Of a DNA stretch of 64,000 nucleotides, positions 26,680-36,414 are shown in pieces. Positions within the stretch are counted from its first letter, which is position 1. Each line of letters begins with the position of its first letter. Where the stretch lies: assembly GCA_036558225.1 (NCBI GenBank), contig DATBGA010000121.1, positions 4,076-68,075 on the forward strand. Reading direction: 5' to 3'. Under the pieces are notes generated by a model. The model ran no database searches and had not been told where the DNA came from. It saw only the letters and a list, made by a program, of their open reading frames with translations. Both the position numbers and the translations under genes were made by a program. The DNA comes from Candidatus Methylomirabilota bacterium. Lineage in GTDB: Bacteria; Methylomirabilota; Methylomirabilia; Rokubacteriales; DASRDR01.

Positions 26680-28773
26680 GTGAATCCGGGCGCCAAGTCG
26701 CCCGCCGGCCTGGAGACGCCCCTCCAGTACCTCAAGGGGGTCGGGCCCCATCGGGCCCGACTGCTCGAGCGGCTCGGGCTCCAAACGGTCCGGGACGCGC
26801 TGAATCACTTCCCGCGCGACTACCAGGACCGCCGGACGTTCGTGCCGTTCCACAAGCTCGCGCTCGGGGAGGCGGCCCTCGTGCACGGGACGGTGTTCGG
26901 CGTCGCTCCGCCCCGTCACGGGTCTCGTGCCCCGATTCAGGTGACCTTCCGCGACCAGGTGGGATACTTTACCGCGCTCTGGTTCGGCAAGGCCTTTCTC
27001 GCGCATACGTTCAAGCGGGACCAGCGGGTCGTTCTCTACGGGAGGAAAACCCTCGCCAAGGACCGCCGAGTCGTCCTCGACAACCCCGACTTCGAGATCG
27101 TCGAGGACGACGAGTCGGCGTCGATCCACATGGGCCGCTTTGTACCCGTCTACCCGCTCACCGAGGGCTTGCTCCAGCGCGCCTTGCGGACATTCCTGCA
27201 CCAGATCGTCGTGGCGCGCGCCGATGAGGCCCCGGACATCCTGCCGGAGGAGCTCCGTCGCCGTCGGGAGCTCCTGCCGGTCGCGGCGGCCTATCGGACA
27301 GTGCACTTCCCGGAGCGCCTGGAAGACGTCGAGGCAGCGCGTCGGCGCTTCGCGTTCGAGGACTTCTTCGTCCTGCAGGTGGGCCTCGCCCTGAAGCGCC
27401 GGCGGCAGGCCCGGGAGCACGGGCGTTCCCTCGCGCCCCCCGGCGAGCTGGTCGCGCAGCTCCGCCGGGCGCTGCCGTTCGCCCTCACGTCCGCCCAAGA
27501 GCGCGTCTGGTCCGAGATCCGGTCGGACCTGGCGCGGCCGGTGCCCATGAACCGTCTCTTGCAAGGCGACGTGGGGTCCGGCAAGACGATCGTCGCCGTA
27601 ATGGCGCTCCTCACGGCGGTGGAGGCCGGGTGCCAGGCGGTGCTCATGGCGCCGACCGAGATCTTGGCCGAGCAGCACGTCCGCACCCTGCGGAGCCTCG
27701 TGGAGCCGCTCGGGCTGACGGTGGCGTGGCTCTCCGCGGGTCAGCGGGCGCGGGAGCGGCAGGCCGCCCTCGAGGCCCTCCGCAGCGGCATCGCCGCCAT
27801 CGGTGTGGGGACTCATGCCCTCATCCAGGAAGCCGTGGAACTTCAGCGGCTCGGCCTCGCCGTCGTCGACGAGCAGCACCGCTTCGGCGTGCTCCAGCGC
27901 GCATCTCTCCGCGGCAAGGGAGAGCACCCGCACGTGCTCGTGATGACGGCGACACCGATTCCTCGGACGCTCGCGTTGACGCTCTACGGCGACCTCGACG
28001 TTTCCGTCCTCGACCAGCTTCCGCCCGGGCGGACGCCGATCCGGACGGACGCGCGCTACGAGCCGGCCCGGGAGAGGATCTACGACTTCGTGCGGAGCGA
28101 GCTTCGGGCTGGACGACAGGCGTACGTGGTCTGCCCGCTCGTCGAGGAGACCGAGGCGAGCGACCTCAAGGCCGCGACCGAGATGGCCGAGCGCCTCGGC
28201 GCGGGCCCGTTTCGGGACTTCCGGGTCGGCCTCGTCCACGGCCGCCTCGGGTTCGACGCGAAGGACGCCGTCATGCGCGCATTCAAGACTGGGGAGATCG
28301 ACCTCCTGGTCGCCACGACGGTGATCGAGGTCGGGATCGACGTCCCCAATGCCTCCGTGATGCTGATCGAGCACGCCGAACGCTTCGGCCTGGCCCAGCT
28401 CCACCAGCTCCGCGGCCGTGTGGGTCGCGGCGCGGCCAAGTCCTTCTGCATTCTTCTCGAGAGCGGTCCCGCGTCCGAGGAAGCGAGGCAGCGACTAGCG
28501 GCCATGGTCGAGACCCAGGACGGCTTCCGACTCGCCGAGGTCGATCTGAAGATCCGCGGGCCCGGCGAGTTCTTCGGGACGCGGCAGTCGGGCCTCCCGG
28601 AGTTCCGCACCGCGAGCCTCGTGACCCACGTGCGGCTCCTCGAGGAGGCGCGGCAGGACGCCCTGCAGCTGGTCCACCGTGACCCCGGGCTGCGCCTGCC
28701 CGAGCACCGCGCTCTGCGCGAGGCTCTCGTCGCCCGCTGGCGCGAGCGCCTCGAGCTGGCGTCGATCGGATAG
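26680..28773 (+). CDS. recG: ATP-dependent DNA helicase RecG
   Basis: It has LQYLKGVGPHRARLLERLG, a wedge/OB region, GDVGSGKT, DEQHRFG and QLRGRVGRG. The start is uncertain (GTG 26680 preferred; the listed ATG is at 26596). Confidence 0.9.
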   Translation: MNPGAKSPAGLETPLQYLKGVGPHRARLLERLGLQTVRDALNHFPRDYQDRRTFVPFHKLALGEAALVHGTVFGVAPPRHGSRAPIQVTFRDQVGYFTALWFGKAFLAHTFKRDQRVVLYGRKTLAKDRRVVLDNPDFEIVEDDESASIHMGRFVPVYPLTEGLLQRALRTFLHQIVVARADEAPDILPEELRRRRELLPVAAAYRTVHFPERLEDVEAARRRFAFEDFFVLQVGLALKRRRQAREHGRSLAPPGELVAQLRRALPFALTSAQERVWSEIRSDLARPVPMNRLLQGDVGSGKTIVAVMALLTAVEAGCQAVLMAPTEILAEQHVRTLRSLVEPLGLTVAWLSAGQRARERQAALEALRSGIAAIGVGTHALIQEAVELQRLGLAVVDEQHRFGVLQRASLRGKGEHPHVLVMTATPIPRTLALTLYGDLDVSVLDQLPPGRTPIRTDARYEPARERIYDFVRSELRAGRQAYVVCPLVEETEASDLKAATEMAERLGAGPFRDFRVGLVHGRLGFDAKDAVMRAFKTGEIDLLVATTVIEVGIDVPNASVMLIEHAERFGLAQLHQLRGRVGRGAAKSFCILLESGPASEEARQRLAAMVETQDGFRLAEVDLKIRGPGEFFGTRQSGLPEFRTASLVTHVRLLEEARQDALQLVHRDPGLRLPEHRALREALVARWRERLELASIG

Positions 28774-28780
28774 CGGACCC

Positions 28781-29362
28781 GTGCGCGTCATCGGCGGCCA
28801 CGATCGCGGGCGGCGCCTCCGGGCGCCCCGGGGCCTCGGGACGCGCCCCACCGCCGATCGCGTGCGCGTGACCCTGTTCGACGTGCTGGGGCCGGCCGTG
28901 GCCGGCGCCCGTGTCCTCGACCTCTTCGCCGGCACCGGAGCGGTCGGGATCGAGGCGCTGTCCCGGGGTGCCGCGCGCGTCGTTCTGGTGGAGCGCGACC
29001 CGTCGGCCCTCCGTGCGCTTCGCGCCAACCTGGCGGCCCTCGGCGCGTCGCGTGGTGCCGCGCGCGTGATGGCCGGCGACGTGCTGCGGCTCTTGCCCGA
29101 GCTCGGCGCGCAGGAGGGGCCGTTCGACCTCGTGTTCGTCGACCCGCCGTACGCGACGACGCTCGCCGGACGCACGCTGGAGGCGTTGGGCGCCGCGCGG
29201 GTCTGCCGCGCCGGCACGGAGGTGGTGGTGCAGCACTCCACACGAACCGCGCTCCCCGCCGTCGAGGGTCTCGCGGCGCATCGCCGAGCGCGCCATTTCG
29301 GCGACACCGCCTTGACTTTCCTTCGAGCCGGGGAGTACACTCCCGGCGGTTCGAGGCCCTGA
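28781..29362 (+). CDS. rsmD: 16S rRNA (guanine966-N2)-methyltransferase RsmD
   Basis: VRVIGGHDRGRRLRAP...TRPTADRVRVTLFDVL..., DLFAGTGAVGIEALSRGA and FVDPPY. GTG start 8 nt after the recG stop. Confidence 0.85.
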   Translation: MRVIGGHDRGRRLRAPRGLGTRPTADRVRVTLFDVLGPAVAGARVLDLFAGTGAVGIEALSRGAARVVLVERDPSALRALRANLAALGASRGAARVMAGDVLRLLPELGAQEGPFDLVFVDPPYATTLAGRTLEALGAARVCRAGTEVVVQHSTRTALPAVEGLAAHRRARHFGDTALTFLRAGEYTPGGSRP

Positions 29363-29462
29363 GTGCGCCACTTCGGATGCCGCCGCGCGCCCGATCTCGC
29401 CGTTTCGCGGTGAGCCGGCGCGGCCGTCAGCTCATCTAGCGCCGAGACAGCAGGAGCGATTC

Positions 29463-29948
29463 GTGGCCGTCCGTGCCGTCTACCCTGGCTCGTTCGACCC
29501 GCTGACCAACGGACACCTCGATCTCATCGAGCGGAGCCTCCGGCTCTTCGACGACCTGGTGGTGGCGGTCGTGACGAACCCGGCGAAGACGGCGCTCTTC
29601 ACGGATGCCGAGCGCGTCGAGATGATTCGGGAGGCGACGCGGCATCTGCGCGAGATCGAGGTCGTCGTGTTCGACGGCCTCCTCGTCGACCTGACCGCCC
29701 GGCTCGGGGCCCGTGCGATCATTCGCGGGCTCCGGGCGGTGTCCGACTTCGAGTACGAGTTCCAGATGGCCCTGATGAACCGGAAGCTGCGCGAGGAGGT
29801 CGAGACCGTTTTCCTCATGCCTCACGAGGCGTACTCGTACATCTCCTCGCGCCTGATCAAGGAAGTCGCCGGCCATGGAGGCTCCGTGAAGGGCCTGGTC
29901 CCCGCCGGCGTCGAGCAGCGGCTCCGGGAAAAGCTGCAACGCGGCTGA
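29463..29948 (+). CDS. coaD: Pantetheine-phosphate adenylyltransferase
   Basis: AVYPGSFDPLTNGHLDLIERS and ISSRLIKEV. GTG start. Confidence 0.92.
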   Translation: MAVRAVYPGSFDPLTNGHLDLIERSLRLFDDLVVAVVTNPAKTALFTDAERVEMIREATRHLREIEVVVFDGLLVDLTARLGARAIIRGLRAVSDFEYEFQMALMNRKLREEVETVFLMPHEAYSYISSRLIKEVAGHGGSVKGLVPAGVEQRLREKLQRG

Positions 29949-29988
29949 TCCCGGCCCGCGAGAACCGCGAAGAGGAGTGAGCCGACCC

Positions 29989-31179
29989 ATGCTGGCCGAG
30001 CGTGTCCGCCGCCTGACCCCGTCCCCGACCCTGGCCCTGTCTGCCCGAGCCCGCGCCCTCCGCGCGCAGGGGATCGACGTCCTCTCCTTCACCGCCGGAG
30101 AGCCCGACTTCGACACCCCCGAGCGCGTCAAGGAGGCCGCGGTGCGGGCCATTCGCGAGGGGAAGACGAAGTACACGGACGCGGGGGGGATCCCGGAGCT
30201 CAAGTCGGCGATCTGCGCCAAGCTGAAGCGCGACAACGGGCTGACCTACGAGCCGCCCGACGTCATCGCCTCGGTCGGGGCCAAGCACACGCTCTACAAC
30301 ATCTGCGCGGTCCTCGTGGACCCCGGGGACGAGGTCCTCGTGCCCTCGCCGTACTGGGTGAGCTACACCGAGCAGGTGCGCCTCTGCGAGGGCGTGCCCG
30401 TCACGGTCCCGACCGACGAGGCCCGCGGCTTCCAGCTCGACCTGGCGGCGCTCGGCGCCGCGGTGACGCCGCGCACGAAGCTCCTCATCCTCAACAGCCC
30501 CAACAACCCCAGCGGCGCCGTCTACCCGCGGGCGGACCTCGAGCGCGTCGCCGCCCTCGCGCTGGAGCGCGGGTTCTGCGTGGTCTCCGACGAGTGCTAC
30601 GACTCGCTGTCCTACGAGGGGCGCGTGCCGAGCATCGCCGAGCTGGCCCCGGAGATCAAGGCGCGGACGATTCTCGTCAACACGTGCTCGAAGGCGTACG
30701 CGATGACGGGCTGGCGGCTCGGCTTCGCGGCGGGGCCGCGCGAGATCGTCCGCGCGATGAGCGACCTGCAGGGGCAGTGCACGTCGAACCCGACCTCGAT
30801 CGCGCAGTGGGCGGCCGTCGAGGCGCTGGGAGGGCCGCAGGACGAGGTCGCGAAGATGGCCGGCGAGTTCGACCAGCGCCGGCGCGTGATCATCGCCGGC
30901 CTCGACCGCATCCCCGGTTGGCGGTGTGCCATGCCGCAGGGCGCCTTCTACGCCTTCCCGGACGTCTCCGGGCTGTTCGGCCGACGCTACAACGGCCGGG
31001 CGCTCTCGGGCTCGGCGGACGTGACGACCTTCCTGCTGGAGGCGGCGCGGGTGGCGGTCGTGCCCGGGGTCGATTTCGGCTCCGACCGGCACCTCCGGAT
31101 CTCGTACGCGTGCGGGCTCGCGCAGATCCGCGAGGGCCTGGCCCGGATCGAGGCGGCCTGCGCCGGGCTAGAGGGCTGA
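29989..31179 (+). CDS. Pyridoxal phosphate-dependent aminotransferase (aspartate aminotransferase-like, class I)
   Basis: It has LTPSPTLALSARA, NSPNNPSGAVY and SKAYAMTGWRLG (PLP lysine context). The start is set at ATG 29989; the listed GTG is at 29977. Confidence 0.85.
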   Translation: MLAERVRRLTPSPTLALSARARALRAQGIDVLSFTAGEPDFDTPERVKEAAVRAIREGKTKYTDAGGIPELKSAICAKLKRDNGLTYEPPDVIASVGAKHTLYNICAVLVDPGDEVLVPSPYWVSYTEQVRLCEGVPVTVPTDEARGFQLDLAALGAAVTPRTKLLILNSPNNPSGAVYPRADLERVAALALERGFCVVSDECYDSLSYEGRVPSIAELAPEIKARTILVNTCSKAYAMTGWRLGFAAGPREIVRAMSDLQGQCTSNPTSIAQWAAVEALGGPQDEVAKMAGEFDQRRRVIIAGLDRIPGWRCAMPQGAFYAFPDVSGLFGRRYNGRALSGSADVTTFLLEAARVAVVPGVDFGSDRHLRISYACGLAQIREGLARIEAACAGLEG

Positions 31180-31201
31180 GCCGCCGGAGGCGCCCCCCCG
31201 C

Positions 31202-32122
31202 GTGACCCCCGGCAAGGTCCTCCCCCTCGGGGAGGCGCTCCGGCGGCACGTGCCGGACGGGGCGTCGGTCGTCTTGGGGACCGCGCTGGAATGCCTGATC
31301 CCCTTCGCCGCCGCGCACGAGCTGATTCGCCAGCGGCGGCGAGACCTCACGCTGGTGGGGCCGATCTCCGACATCTGCTTCGAGCAGCTGATCGCGGCCG
31401 GCTGCGCGCGGAGCGTCGTCGCGGCGTGGGTCGGCAACGTCCAGCACGGGGCGGCCTACGCCTTCCGCCGCGCGCTCGAGCAGGGTGTGCCGCGACCGCT
31501 CTCGATCGAGGACCACTCGAACTTCTCGATCGCGCTGGCGCTCGAGGCGGCCGCGCAGGGCGTGCCGTACCTGCCGACCCGAAGCCTGCTCGGCTCGGAC
31601 CTCCTCGCGAGGAATCCCCGCTTGCGCGTGGCGCCGTGCCCCTTCACGGGCGTCCCGCTGGTCCTGGTGCCGGCGCTGGCGCCGGACGTGGCGATCCTCC
31701 ACGTCCAGCGGTCGGACGCCGACGGGAACTGCCACGCGTGGGGGCCGACCGGCGTCAGCGCGGCGGCCGGGAAGGCGAGCCGGGCCGTCATCGTCGTGAC
31801 CGAGGAGCTGGTCGAGCCGGCCGTGATCCGGAGCGACCCGAACCGGACCCTCCTCCCCGGGTTCCTGGTGACGGCCGTCGTCCACCTGCCCGGGGGCGCG
31901 CATCCCTCGCCCGTCCAGGGCCACTACAACCGGGACCACGCCGCCTACGCGGACTGGCACGCGCGCTCGGCGACCGCCGAGGGCGCGGTGGCCTGGCTGG
32001 ACGAGTGGGTCCGGGGACCCGGTGATCACGCCGGCTACCTCGCGAAGCTCGGCCGGGCCCGCCTCGACCGGCTCCGGCCTCGTGCGTCGCGGCTCGCGGC
32101 GCCGGTCGACTACGGCTGCTGA
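31202..32122 (+). CDS. CoA-transferase subunit A (glutaconate/3-oxoacid CoA-transferase family)
   Basis: LGEALRRHVPDGASVVLG...LTLVGPIS... is typical of subunit A. It is followed by a subunit B gene. Confidence 0.75.
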   Translation: MTPGKVLPLGEALRRHVPDGASVVLGTALECLIPFAAAHELIRQRRRDLTLVGPISDICFEQLIAAGCARSVVAAWVGNVQHGAAYAFRRALEQGVPRPLSIEDHSNFSIALALEAAAQGVPYLPTRSLLGSDLLARNPRLRVAPCPFTGVPLVLVPALAPDVAILHVQRSDADGNCHAWGPTGVSAAAGKASRAVIVVTEELVEPAVIRSDPNRTLLPGFLVTAVVHLPGGAHPSPVQGHYNRDHAAYADWHARSATAEGAVAWLDEWVRGPGDHAGYLAKLGRARLDRLRPRASRLAAPVDYGC

Positions 32123-32138
32123 GCGCGAGGGCCCGCGG

Positions 32139-32909
32139 GTGAGCCTCGACCACACGCCGGCGGAGCTGATGGTGGCCGCCGCGGCTCGCGAGATCCGGGA
32201 CGGCGAGGTCGTGTTCGTCGGCATGCGGCTTCCGCTCCTCGCGTTCTGCCTGGCCCGGTCGACCCACGCGCCGACGGCGGTGGGCCTCTTCGAGAACGGC
32301 GTCGTGCGCGACTCGCCCGCTCTGGACTTCCTGGTGACCATGTCGGACGGCCCCAACGTGGCCGGCGCGGTCTGGTGCACCGAGATGCGTGAGGTCATGG
32401 GACTCATGCAGTCGGGACGGGTGACGCTCGGGTTCATCGGCGGCGCCCAGGTGGACCGCTTCGGCAATCTCAACACCACGTACGTCGGCCGGCAGGCGGA
32501 GGCCGTCCGCCTGCCCGGCTCCGGCGGCGCCCCCGACATCGCCTCGCTGGCCCGGCGCCACGTCGTGATCATGGCGCACGAGCGCCGGCGGTTCGTGGAA
32601 CGGGTCGACTACGTGACGTCGCCGGGGCACGGCGAGGGCGGTGACTGGCGGGTGCGAACCGGGCTTCCCGGCGGTGGTCCGTCGGCCGTCATCACGACGC
32701 TCGGGCTGTTCCGCTTCGACGCGGTGACCCGGGAGATGGTGCTCGCGAGCGCGCACCCCGGCGTGACCGTCGACCAGATCCGGGCGCAGACCGGCTGGCC
32801 GCTGCGCCTGGCCCAGCCCGTGACGGAGACGCCGCCGCCGAGCGCCGCGGAGCTGGCGATGATCCGACGGTTCGACCCCGAGGGGTTCTGGACCGGCGCG
32901 CGACGCTGA
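32139..32909 (+). CDS. CoA-transferase subunit B
   Basis: GTG start 17 nt after the subunit A stop. ELMVAAAAREIRDGEVVFVGMRLP...GGAQVDRFGNLN matches subunit B of class I CoA-transferases. Confidence 0.75.
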   Translation: MSLDHTPAELMVAAAAREIRDGEVVFVGMRLPLLAFCLARSTHAPTAVGLFENGVVRDSPALDFLVTMSDGPNVAGAVWCTEMREVMGLMQSGRVTLGFIGGAQVDRFGNLNTTYVGRQAEAVRLPGSGGAPDIASLARRHVVIMAHERRRFVERVDYVTSPGHGEGGDWRVRTGLPGGGPSAVITTLGLFRFDAVTREMVLASAHPGVTVDQIRAQTGWPLRLAQPVTETPPPSAAELAMIRRFDPEGFWTGARR

Positions 32910-32972
32910 TGCGGTTCGTCGCGGACTACCGGCATTTCCACTCGTACGACGCCCCGAGCGGGTGAGGGTTCC

Positions 32973-33812
32973 ATGCGTACACAGGGGGAGAGAGCGGCTG
33001 CATTCCGGGCGCTCCACGACCGGCCGGGCGCCTTCATCATCCCGAACCCGTGGGATGCCGGCACGGCCCGGCTGCTCGCGTCGCTCGGGTTCGAGGCCCT
33101 CGCCACGACGAGCCTCGGGCTGGCGAACGCCCTCGGGCGTCCCGACGGCGCCGGCGCCGTGAGCCGAGGCGAGGTCGTCGAGAACTGCCGGGCGATCGCC
33201 GGCGCGACCGATCTTCCCGTCAACGCCGACCTGGAGAACGGGTACGCGCACGAGCCGCGCGCTGCCGCCGAGATGATCCGGCTGGCGGCGGAGGCGGGCG
33301 TCGTGGGCGGCTCGATCGAGGACGCGACGGGAGACCCGGCGAAGCCGATCTACGAGTTCTCCCTCGCGGTCGAGCGGGTGCAGGCCGCGGTCGAGGTGGC
33401 GCGGTCGCTGCCCGTGCCGTTCGTCTTCACGGCGCGGGCGGAGAACCTCCTGCACGGCCGCCTCGACCTCGAGGACACGATCCGGCGGCTGCAGGCGTTC
33501 GAGCGGGCGGGGGCGGACGTGCTCTACGCGCCGGGCCTCCGCGACCTCGCCACGATCCGCACCGTCGTGTCGTCGGTGACGCGGCCCGTCAACGTCGTGG
33601 CGAGCTTCATGGATCCCTCGATCACGCTGGCGCAGCTGGCCGAGGCGGGGGTCAAGCGGATCAGCGTCGGCGGCTCGCTCTCGCGGCTTGCCCTCGCGGT
33701 GTTCCTCGTGGGGGCGCGCGAGATGAAGGAGCGGGGCGGGTTCACCTGGCTTCGCGAGGCCATCCCGGGCGGAGCGCTGCGCGCGATCTTCACCGCGAGC
33801 CGGACGGACTGA
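32973..33812 (+). CDS. Isocitrate lyase/PEP mutase family protein (2-methylisocitrate-lyase-like)
   Basis: FRALHDRPGAFIIPNPWDAGTARLLASLGFEALATTS...DLENGYA is characteristic of the family. Confidence 0.8.
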   Translation: MRTQGERAAAFRALHDRPGAFIIPNPWDAGTARLLASLGFEALATTSLGLANALGRPDGAGAVSRGEVVENCRAIAGATDLPVNADLENGYAHEPRAAAEMIRLAAEAGVVGGSIEDATGDPAKPIYEFSLAVERVQAAVEVARSLPVPFVFTARAENLLHGRLDLEDTIRRLQAFERAGADVLYAPGLRDLATIRTVVSSVTRPVNVVASFMDPSITLAQLAEAGVKRISVGGSLSRLALAVFLVGAREMKERGGFTWLREAIPGGALRAIFTASRTD

Positions 33813-33847
33813 CGACCGCCGGGCCCGGGCTCACACGGGCGAGCGCC

Positions 33848-35764
33848 TCACCACACCGGCTGGACGGGCGGTGGCTCCGAGAGGAACCCGCTCGCGCCGA
33901 GGCGCGGGACGGGCTCGCGCTCGAGGCCGTGACCGTGCGAGATGGGCTGGAGGTCGGGGCTGACCGCCCGCACGACGCGGAACGGTCCCGTGGCGACGTC
34001 CGGCGACGTGACGTCCACCAGCGCCACGCGAACGCGTGAGGCGCCGAGGGCCGACGCGCAGCCGGTCAGCGTGCGTGCCGGCGCGCGGCGCGCGAGCTCC
34101 CGAACGGACACGGGCGCGGCGTGGCCACGCAGGCGGTCGAACGCCGCCGCGCGATCGGGCGGGAAGTAGTACGCCGCGTGGTCGAGCATGGTGCGGACCT
34201 CGGAGGGATCGCGCGGAACGGGAATGGCCCGCGACCGCATCATGCGCCTGAGGTACGGACCCGTCTGGCCGAGCTCGAGAATGGCCTGCCGGATGGCCAG
34301 GCGCGGATCCAGGTCGGCCCCCAGCGCGATCGTCGCGCCCGGATACCGGCGCCCGTCGCCCAGCGCCAGGCACATGGCCGTCGTCCCGCAGGCGCTCGTG
34401 GGGAGCACGTAGAGCTCGACCCGGGCCCCGAGCGCTTCCACGCCCGCGACCACCCGGCGCAGCCGCGAGTCACGGCCGAGCTCGACGGGCGAGCCCGGTC
34501 GTCCGGTGAGCCAGGCCGCCATGAGCGCATCGCGCTCGACGAGCTCGAGGGTGGCGCGCAGCGCGGCTTCGTCCGGATCGGTGGAGGCCGCCAGCCCGTT
34601 GGAGCTGCCCTGGCAGATCAGCTGCTCCGGCCCGAGCGTGAGCGACAGGAACGCGAGCACCGCGGGCACCCAGACCCGGCGGTCGGTGCCGAGCCAGATC
34701 CCCGACACCCAAGGGTGGCGGACGGCGGGGTCGAACCGACGATAGGGGAAGCCCTCGCGCCGGTACTGCTCGTCCGAATAGAGCGCAAAGGCGCGGGGAT
34801 CGAGGCATTCGCCGTCCAGCTCGTGCAGGCGCGCCCAGCGGATCCGGGACGGGTCGGGCAGCCACGCCGCGTAGCGCTCCACCGCCTCGCCGACGGCCGA
34901 GAGAATCGCGTCGGCCCACGTGAGACCCTTCCCCCAGCCGAGCGGCAACCGCTCGAGTAATCCGTGCTCATCCACCACGTGCGGCGGCGCGGCGGTTGCC
35001 ACGTGCGGAAGCTCAACGCCCGTGTCGGCGGGCCGCTCCAGCACGAGGCCGCTGATGACGCCAGTGCGCGGATCGATCCAGCCGGCGAGCGCAGCCAGCA
35101 GAGATCGGGGCGCGTCGGTCGGCGCCGGTCCGAGACCGGGGCCGTCCGACCTCGGGAAGGCTCCCGCGCCGCCGCAGGCGGGGCACCGCGACAGAGGGAT
35201 CACACGATGGCGGGAGGCCGCGCGCCGGCGCGCGTCGATGATGAGGACGTGATCGACGAGCGTTGACGCGCGGGGGCCGCGACGGAGGATCCGGCGGGCC
35301 TCGCGGATCAGCACCGGCGCCGCCGCCGCCATGACGATCCCGGTTTCCGCGGTGTGGGTGATGGGGGCGAGCGCCATCGATGCGGCGGCCATGCGTCGCG
35401 CCGCGCAGATGCCGCAGCCCGCCCGGCCCGGGATTGCCAGGGGACCGATTCGCAGCTCGGCGCCGGCCGCGACGGCGCTCAGCGCCGGGATACCGCGTGC
35501 GAGCGCGCCGGCCGTGAACTCCTGGTGCGCGCCGCCGCCATCGGGTCCATGGAGGCCGACGGCGAGGCGAGGCAGAGGCGCGGCGGGCGCCCGGTCGCCG
35601 AGACGCGGGAGACAGGTGACGTTGGCCCCCCACGCCCGCCGCAGACGCCTTGCCCAGAGATCCTCGGGCCGGACGCCGACGATCAGGAGCGCGGGATGGG
35701 GATCGGGAGAGGACGGCGGCTGGCGCGACCGAGGGCGGTCGCGCCCAGCCGCGGAGTCACGCAA
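33848..35764 (-). CDS. Fused E1-like (ThiF-like, non-catalytic)/YcaO-domain protein, TOMM-type cyclodehydratase-like
   Basis: The N-terminal half has two CxxC pairs (CGIC, CPAC). The C-terminal half has YcaO motifs GEAVERY, SSNGLAAS and LELVERDA and a Pro-rich tail (EPPPVQPVW). The listed start is TTG, 9 nt after the stop of the upstream 79-aa ORF. Confidence 0.85.
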   Translation of the reverse strand: MRDSAAGRDRPRSRQPPSSPDPHPALLIVGVRPEDLWARRLRRAWGANVTCLPRLGDRAPAAPLPRLAVGLHGPDGGGAHQEFTAGALARGIPALSAVAAGAELRIGPLAIPGRAGCGICAARRMAAASMALAPITHTAETGIVMAAAAPVLIREARRILRRGPRASTLVDHVLIIDARRRAASRHRVIPLSRCPACGGAGAFPRSDGPGLGPAPTDAPRSLLAALAGWIDPRTGVISGLVLERPADTGVELPHVATAAPPHVVDEHGLLERLPLGWGKGLTWADAILSAVGEAVERYAAWLPDPSRIRWARLHELDGECLDPRAFALYSDEQYRREGFPYRRFDPAVRHPWVSGIWLGTDRRVWVPAVLAFLSLTLGPEQLICQGSSNGLAASTDPDEAALRATLELVERDALMAAWLTGRPGSPVELGRDSRLRRVVAGVEALGARVELYVLPTSACGTTAMCLALGDGRRYPGATIALGADLDPRLAIRQAILELGQTGPYLRRMMRSRAIPVPRDPSEVRTMLDHAAYYFPPDRAAAFDRLRGHAAPVSVRELARRAPARTLTGCASALGASRVRVALVDVTSPDVATGPFRVVRAVSPDLQPISHGHGLEREPVPRLGASGFLSEPPPVQPVW

Positions 35765-35773
35765 CGGGGCGAG

Positions 35774-36013
35774 TCAGCCGATCTGCTTCGCCGCGCTCCC
35801 CAGCGCCTTGGTCTGGTCCTGAAGCTGCTTGGCGGTTGCCTGGATCGCGTTCAGCTGATTCGAGACGAGCCGGAACTCGGCCGGCGTGGTGATGCCCTTC
35901 AGGATCTCCCACAACCGCAGCCCGTTGTTGCCATAGAGCTTGAGAATGCCGGCCAGGCTCAGCTGCACTGCCTTGGTTTGACCCTTCAGCTTGCGGGAGT
36001 TGCCGTTCGGCAT
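35774..36013 (-). CDS. 79-aa Cys-free helical small protein, translationally coupled to the YcaO gene (candidate substrate or partner)
   Basis: ATG with GGAGGA 7 nt upstream. G/C third positions are strongly preferred, as in neighbouring genes. The sequence is Leu/Lys/Gln-rich with 0 Cys, 4 Ser and 5 Thr. I recognise no family. Confidence 0.75.
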   Translation of the reverse strand: MPNGNSRKLKGQTKAVQLSLAGILKLYGNNGLRLWEILKGITTPAEFRLVSNQLNAIQATAKQLQDQTKALGSAAKQIG

Positions 36014-36292
36014 GCCTCTGTCCTCCGCGTTTCTGGAGTGATGGAGTGGAGCGCGTCACTGCGAGGAATGGTGACAAGAAGCTGTCGACCCACCGACCGC
36101 GCTGGCATCCCAGACCTTCGCCAGAGTCGTCCACTGCGATGCGTCAATCCGAGCGCCCTTCGGAGCCTTGTGGAAGCGAGATCCACGCCAACGACCGGGC
36201 GGGATCTCGCGATAGCCGGTCTCGCCTGCTGTGCCGGGCACTTTCGCGCCGGGCGCCCCTCGTCATGCGGTGCGCCGGGCCCCCGAGCCGAT

Positions 36293-36414
36293 TGCACAGA
36301 AACAGGGCACTGCGCTCCACAGAGAGGCCCGAGTCCATTGGAAACTGTCGCGAAATCGCTGTGTTCCGAGACGCTGCACAGCAGACTGTGCACCCTGCAC
36401 TGTAGGCAGTGCAG
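36293..36414. promoter_or_regulatory. Cluster of TGCAC(A/T)G half-sites, including two adjacent perfect inverted repeats
   Basis: TGCACAG-caga-CTGTGCA lies at 36375-36392 and CTGCACTG-tagg-CAGTGCAG at 36395-36414. Further half-sites lie at 36293-36299 and 36307-36312. All are inside the ~600-bp non-coding-looking leader upstream (minus sense) of the 79-aa ORF. Confidence 0.45.
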
